A stretch of DNA of 48,250 nucleotides, from the NCBI GenBank assembly GCA_964454855.1, contig CAYVVK010000001.1, positions 8,652-56,901 on the forward strand. The letters run 5' to 3'. This stretch comes from an uncultured Phaeodactylibacter sp. GTDB taxonomy: Bacteria; Bacteroidota; Bacteroidia; Chitinophagales; Saprospiraceae. A program made the translations under genes and the position numbers. Position 1 is the stretch's first letter; each line of letters starts with the position of its first letter. This document shows, one piece after another, positions 8,552 through 15,826 of the stretch. Below the pieces are notes generated by a model. The model had not been told where the DNA came from. It worked only from the letters and a program-made list of their open reading frames with translations, and ran no database searches.

Positions 8552-10272
8552 TGGCCGGGCGAGCCGTAATGAATGCCGGAGGGATAGGGTTCACTGGAAG
8601 AGGAGGGCGTGCCGCCGGGAAAGCTCCACTGATAGCCGGAGATGTCCAGGCCGTTGGCTTGTATATTCAGCAGGCTGGAGTCGAAAGACAAGGTGGCGCT
8701 TTCGCAGTGGTCGGGCAGGGGCGCCATATCGACAACGGGAGCGCCGGGCAGGAGGAGCATGGTATCCCAGCTCGCTTCGGCACAGGCATTGGAAACGGAA
8801 AGGGTAATGTCATAGGCGCCGCCTTCCGTGAATTCTATTACCGGGCCGAGGGAGTTGGCATCCGTACTGTCCGTAAAATACCAGCCTTGTGCTGGCGAGA
8901 CGGACCACTGATAGTTGAGTTCTTCGCCGGTGGCGGAGGCATTCAAAGGCACCCTTAGTGGGGTACAGCCGTTTTCTCCTCCTCCTCCCACATCAGGCAT
9001 CTGAATATCAGCTTCCGGAACGGGCGGCTCGTCTATGGTGATTTCCTGGCTAAAGGAAACCGGCCCGCAGGAGAAGCTCACCAGGGTCATTTCAATGGTA
9101 TACACCCCGGGAGTGAGAAATTCGGCCTCAATGGTATTGGCGCCGAAGAGGTTGCCGCTCACTATATTCCAATCCTCCCCGGAGGTACCGGTAATGGACC
9201 AGCTGGGATTGAGCACATCGACACAGGAAGAGGGGCTGCCCGACACTACTTCGCTGACGTCGCTGTTGTTCTCGAATGTATAAACGGCACCCTCACAACT
9301 GTATTCGGGAGGAATTATGCTGAAATTGGGTTCGGGCGGTTCGCTCACCTCAATGGGTTCTATGGTGGCGGTGGAAGAATTACAGGGGTTGGAGGCTACT
9401 ACTCTGATGTCGAAGGCATTGGGATAATTGCCGGTGCTGGTCGTCCTGCCGCAGGAGCTCTCCAGGAAGGTATAACGGAATACCGGCGGCAGGTTTTCCT
9501 GTGTGAAATGGCCCACTTCCTCCCCGGAGATGAAGACGGTGTATTCCGTACCGGGCGGGTTGCCCTCGGTATTGGTGATGGGAAAGTCGAGGGTGGCCGG
9601 TGCGCAGAGGCCCACGGTATTGCCGGGGATGGCCAGGCCCACAGAGGGGTTGCCGCCGTTGTAGAAGGTATAATTGTCGGTATATACACAACCATTCTCA
9701 TGGGTGGCGGTGATGAAAATGGTATAGTAGCCCAGCCGGTTGTAGGTATGGGATATGGTGTTGGCATTGGAAAAAGTACTGTTGTCATATTCTTCCGCCG
9801 GCGAGCCGTCGCCCCAGTTGATGGTATAGGCGGTATTGGAAGCATAGGTGGAGGAGGCATTGAATATTTCCAGTTCGAAAGAAGAAGCGCCATTGCAGGC
9901 CCTTAGCTCTTTGTCGGTCAGGGTGACAATGCCGGGCGGTACGCCAATAGCGGGGTCGGGCACGGCGGGTACTGTGATGTCTCTTTGGGCACAGGCGGCT
10001 CCATTTTTGAATAGCGTAATGGTGTAGGTTGTTGCGGTATGCTGAACGGGAAAAGCATAACTGAAGATGGAGCCGGTGACGTCCACCTGGCCGTCCCCGT
10101 CGAGGTCCCAGCTGTAATTGCTGCCGGCCTGTGGGGCATCGACGCTGAATTCAGCCTCTTCGGAGGCACAGGGCGTTTCGTTGGAAAGGCTGAAGGTACA
10201 CTGTGCGTAAAGGGCGTGGTTTTCCCAGCAGAGGAAAATGATAATGAGTGTCAGGAAAGATCGCATATCCAT
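8275..10272 (-). CDS. N-terminal part of the same frameshifted PKD-repeat surface protein
   Basis: Signal peptide MDMRSFLTLIIIFLCWENHALYAQ followed by Ig/PKD-like units. Below about 8552 the frame turns into Pro/Ala/Arg-rich out-of-frame text (QWSCSWPTAAAIQCCATPSPFRKPARW), so only about 8552-10272 is native frame. Confidence 0.8.
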   Translation of the reverse strand: MDMRSFLTLIIIFLCWENHALYAQCTFSLSNETPCASEEAEFSVDAPQAGSNYSWDLDGDGQVDVTGSIFSYAFPVQHTATTYTITLFKNGAACAQRDITVPAVPDPAIGVPPGIVTLTDKELRACNGASSFELEIFNASSTYASNTAYTINWGDGSPAEEYDNSTFSNANTISHTYNRLGYYTIFITATHENGCVYTDNYTFYNGGNPSVGLAIPGNTVGLCAPATLDFPITNTEGNPPGTEYTVFISGEEVGHFTQENLPPVFRYTFLESSCGRTTSTGNYPNAFDIRVVASNPCNSSTATIEPIEVSEPPEPNFSIIPPEYSCEGAVYTFENNSDVSEVVSGSPSSCVDVLNPSWSITGTSGEDWNIVSGNLFGANTIEAEFLTPGVYTIEMTLVSFSCGPVSFSQEITIDEPPVPEADIQMPDVGGGGENGCTPLRVPLNASATGEELNYQWSVSPAQGWYFTDSTDANSLGPVIEFTEGGAYDITLSVSNACAEASWDTMLLLPGAPVVDMAPLPDHCESATLSFDSSLLNIQANGLDISGYQWSFPGGTPSSSSEPYPSGIHYGSPGQWSCSWPTAAAIQCCATPSPFRKPARWKCLPGGRCAAPASLSGCRPHPAAAPGLAPVYPRTVLSIPPPPIQAPTSSPTITAPAPAPCRARWR

Positions 10273-10303
10273 GATCAGGCGTTTTTGGGTGGTGAAGGAG
10301 GGA

Positions 10304-11455
10304 TCAGAAAAAGTGCTTACAGTCGAGGAAGCGGTTGCGGCGCATGTTAGGGCCGCGCAGCTTGCCGCCTATCCCCACGTCTTCCAGGAAACGGTATCGG
10401 AAGGTGAACTCGAATACACTACCGGCTGCCGGCCCCAGGCCTGTATTGTTGAGGTCAGCGCTGATGCCGAAGAAAAAGGCAGGCTGGCTACCGCGGCTCC
10501 GGCTTCCGGAGGAGCTGTACCCGCCGATGGTCAGGATCAGGGCGTCGGTATGGGTGCCATTGGGTACGTATACGCGGTTTTGGTATAAAAGGCCCATGTA
10601 AAAATTATTGACCAGGCCGTACAGTCCCAGCGTGCCCACAGTCATGTTTTCCTGGAAATCAATGAACTGGTATCCCTGGTGGTCCAGCTTGAAGTTGGGA
10701 GAGATGGCTATATCCATACCAGTGCCTTGCAGCAGGGTCATTGGGATGATCAGGCCGCCGTGCAGGGTGGTGCGTGGAGCGAGCCGGCTTTCCAGGTTGA
10801 GAAAAGAATCGTTGCCCCTGGCCGAGCGGCTGATGAGATAAGGCAGGTGGTGAAAGCTCATTCCCAGGTGGCTGCGCACGCTGCGCACGCTGCGGCCGCC
10901 CATTTTCAGGCCTCCTTCGTGGCGCCAGACGACGCCAAAGTCGAAATCTCCGAAGAATACTCTGTCGAATACCGGGCTGACGCTGCTGGGGTTGGATACG
11001 CCATAGATGGGGTCCAGTTGGTCGGAAAAGACGAGCTCGTCCCAGTCGAGGCTTCTCTGTACGAGCCGGCCCTCCATGCCGAAGTGGATGTTGTCTTTCT
11101 GCCCGGGAATGGTATAGGACAGCACCAGCCCTGCCTGCTGGGTATTGAGCTTTCCGATGCCTTCGGTATTGCTCAGCAGGTGCAAGCCCAGGCCAAGGCG
11201 TACGGCGGGGAGTTGGGCCTCGGCGGCGACGTTGAAGGTTTTGAAACCACCGTCAACCGGCGACCACTGTACCCTCGCTGCTCCGGAAACGGCAATGCCG
11301 GGTTCCAGGCCGGCAAAGGCAGGGTTGAGATAGATGCGGTTGGCGTAAAACTGGGAGAAGGAGGGGTCCTGAGTGAGTCCTGCAGCCGTAAACAGGCATA
11401 GAGTGAGGGCCGCCAACGCCTTGTTGGGGCCACGGCGTAGCCATAGCGTGTTCAT
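10304..11455 (-). CDS. PorP/SprF family type IX secretion system membrane protein
   Basis: Signal peptide followed by the hallmark QDPSFSQFYANRIYLNPAFAG. 383-aa beta-barrel-like composition. Lies 31 nt upstream of the type-B CTD adhesin. Confidence 0.9.
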   Translation of the reverse strand: MNTLWLRRGPNKALAALTLCLFTAAGLTQDPSFSQFYANRIYLNPAFAGLEPGIAVSGAARVQWSPVDGGFKTFNVAAEAQLPAVRLGLGLHLLSNTEGIGKLNTQQAGLVLSYTIPGQKDNIHFGMEGRLVQRSLDWDELVFSDQLDPIYGVSNPSSVSPVFDRVFFGDFDFGVVWRHEGGLKMGGRSVRSVRSHLGMSFHHLPYLISRSARGNDSFLNLESRLAPRTTLHGGLIIPMTLLQGTGMDIAISPNFKLDHQGYQFIDFQENMTVGTLGLYGLVNNFYMGLLYQNRVYVPNGTHTDALILTIGGYSSSGSRSRGSQPAFFFGISADLNNTGLGPAAGSVFEFTFRYRFLEDVGIGGKLRGPNMRRNRFLDCKHFF

Positions 11456-11501
11456 AAGTATATATTAATCGGTTTTGGAATCCAGCTAAAACGGGGTGCC
11501 G

Positions 11502-11528
11502 GCTGAATTTACGGCCGCGTAAAATTCA
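11502..11528. other. hairpin in the leader/promoter region of the porP/sprF-adhesin operon
   Basis: ctgaatttacg 11502-11512 pairs with cgtaaaattcag 11517-11528 (11 bp with one bulged A, gccg loop). Confidence 0.4.
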
Positions 11529-11832
11529 GGCCAGTACTCACTGCCGTTTTCCATAGCATGCTGTGGGAGTCGTCTTTTATCAGGCAAAGCGGTAATGCCT
11601 GGCTGTACTGCCGGGCCGGGGCTGATGCTCTGCCGGGGTAGCAAATTGCAGGAAAGCATGCGCCGTCCTTGCCGTTGCGATCAAGCGGGGTAGGGGCTTG
11701 ACAAGTTTGGGGGGATATGCCTGGGAGTGATCGGGGGTAATATAGAAGCATAACGATATAAAAAACAAATTCTTATATGTTATGGCTTAATTTTTTGAAA
11801 AAGGCGGGAATGGTATATGAGCAGCCCCCGAA

Positions 11833-11864
11833 TGGTGTGAAAAGCACCTGGCCTTTTCACACCA
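11833..11864. other. perfect 12-bp hairpin abutting dispersed-repeat copy A
   Basis: tggtgtgaaaag 11833-11844 pairs with cttttcacacca 11853-11864, with an 8-nt loop. No T-run on either side. Confidence 0.5.
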
Positions 11865-11990
11865 CTTAGGGGGACGCCTCTGGTTAAGTAGGCGGACAGA
11901 ACAATATAACAGTTTAACAATGTAGTCCAGACCCATACGGGCCCGTACCGGGGCGGGTTTCGCCATGCTCAACAATCTTCTCGGAACGCC
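11861..11990. repeat. dispersed intergenic repeat, copy A
   Basis: The 26-nt block 11885-11910 is identical to 23947-23972. The 24-nt block 11967-11990 matches 24003-24026 at 23/24. The copies also share accac(c)ttag, atgta, cccatac and ggttt in the same order. Confidence 0.8.
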
Positions 11991-11996
11991 TGCTGT

Positions 11997-12059
11997 CATT
12001 CGGAAACAAAATTCCACCATTCGGAAACCAGATCCTACCATTCGGAAAGCGGGGTCGAA
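11997..12059 (+). promoter_or_regulatory. three direct repeats CATTCGGAAA phased at exactly 21 bp (candidate operator array)
   Basis: Boxes start at 11997, 12018 and 12039. They lie 106-157 nt upstream of the ATG at 12154. Confidence 0.5.
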
Positions 12060-12153
12060 CCTTCCTGCGGTTTCGCCTAAGTTTGCCTGACAGCTACCGC
12101 AAATACACTTTTTGCGGGGCTGGTGAACTTTAGTTGACAAAAAAATAAAAAAG

Positions 12154-13076
12154 ATGTTTCAAAAAGTACTCTACTTAAGCTGTCAAGCAATCTTAATTCC
12201 CGTCTTCTTTCTCAGCTTTTTAGTGTTAAACAATACGACACTTAACGGACAGGTCCCTTGTAATCAACCCTTAGATTTTACCTACATCGGATCCTTGAAC
12301 GGGAATGAATACTTTGTTTCTAATTTCGCTGTTCTGGCGTCAGAAATTTTTGATGATGCCATTTCTTGGTGAGGACATGCGGCAACGATTTCTTCCGCGG
12401 AAGAGAACGAACTCATTTTAAATGGATTAGTCACGAATGACCTCTGGTATAGTTCTATCGGTCTGGCATTAAACGGAGGAAACTTTGCGTGGATCACGGG
12501 AGAACCGCTTAATTACACCAATTGGGGCCCAATGCTAAATTTAAGGGCTCCGGTGAGGTAAATGAGTCGGGCAGCTATGGGTTTTTACTCACCGGCGTTG
12601 ACGGCGATGTTGATGGAGGTGGTGAAATCGACAAATTCCGGATCAAGATCTGGGATTTGAGCACCGATGCGGTGGTATACGACAACCAATTAGGAACCGA
12701 TGATACGGGGTATGAATCAACGGCGCTGGGGGGTGGAAGTATTACCATCCACTCGGATAATCAAAGGAATTTCGCTGACCTTACGGAACGGTTCGTTGTA
12801 CCTAACCTGGGTATCACGGCTATACCCAACCCCTCCCGGGGTAAAGTGCAGCTGACGATCCAGCTACCGGAAGAGGCATCCACCCAAGTGCAGATCGTTA
12901 ATCTCCAAGGAGTGGTCATCCGGGATTTTGATCTGGATGTTCTACCCGCTGGAACGTACCAAGTAAACTGGGATGGCCGCAGTAAAAACGGAGCTGTTCT
13001 TCCGGGCGGCATGTACCTGGTTCAGGTGAAAGCGGGCAAGAAGTCCTCCTTCCTGCGTATCATGCTCTTACCCTAA
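12154..13076 (+). pseudogene. degraded secreted C-type-lectin-like protein with a T9SS type-A C-terminal sorting domain
   Basis: A signal peptide is followed by a lectin-like segment interrupted by an in-frame TGA at 12370-12372 (DDAISW*GGHAATISSAEENELIL...WITGEPLNYTNW). A frame change occurs at the G4C3 run 12524-12530. The C-terminus PNPSRGKVQLTIQL...VQIVNLQGVVI...GTYQVNWDG...GMYLVQVKAG is a typical Por secretion tail. Confidence 0.7.
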
Positions 13077-13100
13077 CCGGAACAACAAGTAGTAAATTTT

Positions 13101-13131
13101 AAAATGCGCCTTTACCGCCTGGCGCATTTTT
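13101..13131. terminator. bidirectional intrinsic terminator between convergent genes
   Basis: atgcgcc 13104-13110 pairs with ggcgcat 13121-13127, flanked by aaaa upstream and ttttt downstream. Confidence 0.55.
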
Positions 13132-13171
13132 GTGTGCCAACTTTTTCATTAAGCTGAACTGCCGACTAAAC

Positions 13172-15061
13172 TCACTTGCCCATCTCCAGCAGTTCATCCA
13201 CGGTATTTCGGCTTACGGCGTGGTAGTTGGGGCGGGCCTTTTCATAGATCTCCCGTGCGGTTTCCAGCTTTCCCTGTTCTTTATAGGCACTGTAGAGCGG
13301 CGTCAGGAATTTGCGCCGCCCTACTTCGGTGAGGAAATCCTCGATCTGCGGGCGGATCTCGGCGGCGTAGCCATTGTCGATGGCCAGTTCGAACCAGGCG
13401 GCGAGGATCTCGGCATTGCCGGATTGGCTGAAGCCAAAGGCCTGGTCGAGGGCTGTCATCCTTTGTGCTTGCAGGGTAGGCGGCAGCTGGCGGATGAAAT
13501 GCAGCCACTCATGGGTCGACCAGGCTTTCGTGTCCAGCGATCCCGGGCTGGCGCCATCCCTGAACCTTTCCGCCTGCTCATCAACCTGGGCAAAGCGCTC
13601 AGAGGGAGGTAGGGGCAGGCTCTCGGGAATTCCCGGCTCGTAGATCCAGGCGTCTACATCTACCTCCAGGGCATATTTGCCGATCAGGTTCTCATTGAGG
13701 TAGTGCACGAACTCTTCAGTGGTGATCGTCTCAAACTGATGGGCCTCGAAGTACTGTTTCAGGAATTCATCAAAGCGTTCCCGTCCGGCCTTCGCTTCGA
13801 GATGGGCAAGGAAGAAGGCCCCTTTTTCGTAGGCGATGTCCGTCATGCCCTCATCGGGGTCCCGGCCTGCCAGGTTGAGTTTAAGGTGGGTGTCTTCGCT
13901 TTTGGCGCCCATGTCTTCCACTTCGGCCATCAGGTCCTGGTAGCCGAGTTGGGCCAGCATGTTGGCGTAGCTTTTTCCATAGACTTCTTCCATGATCCGG
14001 CGTTCGAAATAGACGGTAAAGCCTTCGTTCAGCCAGAAGTCGTCCCAGGTGGCGTTGGTCACGAGGTTTCCGGACCAGGAATGCGCCAGCTCGTGGGCGA
14101 TGAGTGCCGTCAGGGAGCGGTCGCCGGCAATGATGGTCGGCGTGGCGAAGGTCAGGCGCGGGTTTTCCATGCCGCCGAAGGGAAAGCTGGGCGGCAGGAC
14201 GATCACGTCGTAACGCTCCCAGAGGTAGGGCCCGTAGAGCTGCTCGGCGGCATCGAGCATCTTCTCCATGTCTGCGAATTCATTTGCTGCTTCGGCCACT
14301 ACGCTGGGTTCGGCGTAGACGCCGGTGCGCGCGCCAATGGGCTCGAAGCGCAAGTCGCCGGCTGCCAGCGCCAGCAGGTAGGGAGGAATGGGCTGCTCCA
14401 TCTTAAAGGTATAGATGCCGGTTTCATTTTTGGTTTGGGGATTGGTGGCGCTCATGACCGCCATCAGGCCGGCGGGCACCTGTATGGTGGCGTCGTAGGT
14501 AATGCGGATGCCGGGGCTGTCCTGGCAGGGTATCCAGCTTCGGGTGAGGATGGCCTGCCCCTGGGTGAACAGAAATGGGGCCTGCTTGTCGGCGGTTTGC
14601 TGAGGCTCCAGCCAGTCCAGCGCATCGGCGCCTTCGGGCGTGGTGGAATAGTAAACCGTAACTACTTCCGTTTCCGGGCGTATGGGGATGTGCAGGGCGG
14701 AGCCGAGGTAGGGTTTGGGCTCTGACAGCGCGTATTCCACTTCCTCTTCGGCACCTTCCGCACCAATGGTAACGCGCCGGATGTCGAGGTTTTTAGCATC
14801 CAGGACGAGCTCTTCGCCTCCTTTGTGCGCTATGTCGAAACGGGCGAAGCCGGAGAGGGTTTTGCTGCTGAAATCCACCTCGAGGTTGAGGCTGAGGTGT
14901 TTCGTTAGGGCTTCGTTCGGTTCGGCGTAGGAGTGGGGGTCATCGGGAAGTTTGCTTTGTGGGGCTTCTGCCTCTGCTTGCTGTTCGGCAGGGCCTGAAC
15001 CGCATTGAACAGTGGCTAACGCCACAAGAACGAGTAGGAGGATATAGGACAATTTTTTCAT
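13172..15061 (-). CDS. M1 family metallopeptidase (leukotriene A4 hydrolase-like aminopeptidase), lipoprotein
   Basis: GGMEN exopeptidase motif, HELAHSWSGN...NEGFTVYFE zinc motif (HExxH-18-E), lipoprotein-type signal LATVQC, and an LTA4H-type helical C-terminal domain. Confidence 0.92.
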   Translation of the reverse strand: MKKLSYILLLVLVALATVQCGSGPAEQQAEAEAPQSKLPDDPHSYAEPNEALTKHLSLNLEVDFSSKTLSGFARFDIAHKGGEELVLDAKNLDIRRVTIGAEGAEEEVEYALSEPKPYLGSALHIPIRPETEVVTVYYSTTPEGADALDWLEPQQTADKQAPFLFTQGQAILTRSWIPCQDSPGIRITYDATIQVPAGLMAVMSATNPQTKNETGIYTFKMEQPIPPYLLALAAGDLRFEPIGARTGVYAEPSVVAEAANEFADMEKMLDAAEQLYGPYLWERYDVIVLPPSFPFGGMENPRLTFATPTIIAGDRSLTALIAHELAHSWSGNLVTNATWDDFWLNEGFTVYFERRIMEEVYGKSYANMLAQLGYQDLMAEVEDMGAKSEDTHLKLNLAGRDPDEGMTDIAYEKGAFFLAHLEAKAGRERFDEFLKQYFEAHQFETITTEEFVHYLNENLIGKYALEVDVDAWIYEPGIPESLPLPPSERFAQVDEQAERFRDGASPGSLDTKAWSTHEWLHFIRQLPPTLQAQRMTALDQAFGFSQSGNAEILAAWFELAIDNGYAAEIRPQIEDFLTEVGRRKFLTPLYSAYKEQGKLETAREIYEKARPNYHAVSRNTVDELLEMGK

Positions 15062-15136
15062 TCGAAAGATGTAATGGTTGATCGGTTAGAAATTCAGCTT
15101 ACCACTCATTAACGTTTTTCACGAGCCTCAGTTGTG

Positions 15137-15826
15137 TCAATCTTCCAGCAGCCGGAGCAACTTTTCTTTATACGACCTGCCGATGGGAAGCTTTTCCTTA
15201 GCAATCACAAGCTGGTTGCCTTCGATGTACCTGATCTGGTTAAGCGCAATGAGAAAGGAGCGGTGGACGCGCACGAAGCGGCCCTCAGGCAGTTGCTCTT
15301 CCAGCGCGTTAAGGGTAGTTTTAGGCAGGTACATGCCCTGGCTGGTGTACACTTTTACGTAATCTCCGTAGGCTTCCAGGTAGAGGATGTCTTCCAGGGC
15401 AATCCGAAACAGTTTACGGCCAGCGGATAACAGCAGGTGAGCGGGCTGTTCTTCTCTGCCGACATCGGCGTTCAGCAACCGGCGGCATTTGTTTACCGCT
15501 TTCAAAAACCGCTCGAAGGAAAAGGGCTTGAGCAGATAATCCACGGCTTCCAGCTCGAAACCTTCCAGGGCGTATTCCGGGTAGGCCGTAGTAAAAATAA
15601 CTTCCGGAGGGTGGGGCAGCGATCTCAGCAGGCTAATGCCGGAGAGTTTGGGCATGTTGATGTCAAGAAAAAGCAGTTGGGGCTTACTTTCCTGCACCCT
15701 CTGCAGCCCTTCTATGGCATCAGTAGCGCTCCCCAGTAGTTTCAGCTGTGGGTATTGCCCGGTATATCGTTCCAGTACCTTTACGGCCGGCGGTTCGTCG
15801 TCGATGATGAAGCAGGTAATGGGCAT
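15137..15826 (-). CDS. LytTR/AlgR family response regulator
   Basis: Receiver domain (CFIIDDEP...LLFLDINMP) plus a C-terminal LytTR domain (FVRVHRSFLIALNQIRYIE). Confidence 0.92.
   Translation of the reverse strand: MPITCFIIDDEPPAVKVLERYTGQYPQLKLLGSATDAIEGLQRVQESKPQLLFLDINMPKLSGISLLRSLPHPPEVIFTTAYPEYALEGFELEAVDYLLKPFSFERFLKAVNKCRRLLNADVGREEQPAHLLLSAGRKLFRIALEDILYLEAYGDYVKVYTSQGMYLPKTTLNALEEQLPEGRFVRVHRSFLIALNQIRYIEGNQLVIAKEKLPIGRSYKEKLLRLLED

Noticed and set aside
11997-12059. The 21-nt tandem units considered as a CRISPR array
   Set aside because: The repeats are only 10-11 nt with 10-11-nt spacers. There are three units, no cas genes and no leader.
11787-12140. 117-aa minus-strand ORF (…FRMVGSGFRMVEFCFRMT…)
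   Set aside because: Its repetitive peptide is simply the translation of the 21-nt DNA repeats and the dispersed repeat. It has no start context and no coding-like composition.
12370-12372. In-frame TGA at a conserved Cys position as a selenocysteine codon, or genome-wide TGA recoding
   Set aside because: The residue is a structural disulfide cysteine of a secreted lectin fold. The only nearby structure is the short palindrome tcttccgcggaaga (12391-12404), which does not look like a SECIS element. The gene also carries a frameshift. TGA terminates several conserved full-length genes here (rarA, the ABC ATPase gene, the adhesin gene).
13703-14725. 340-aa plus-strand ORF opposite the M1 peptidase gene, plus similar long antisense or alternate-frame ORFs (3652-4449, 5132-5977, 17805-18857, 21466-22251, 22282-22980, 24283-25041, 28030-28800, 29019-30134, 30323-31108, 32528-33307, 33869-34939, 36818-37657, 41356-41877, 42853-43521)
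   Set aside because: Each lies entirely within a gene that has clear family motifs on the other strand or frame. Their translations have the typical GC-rich shadow composition.
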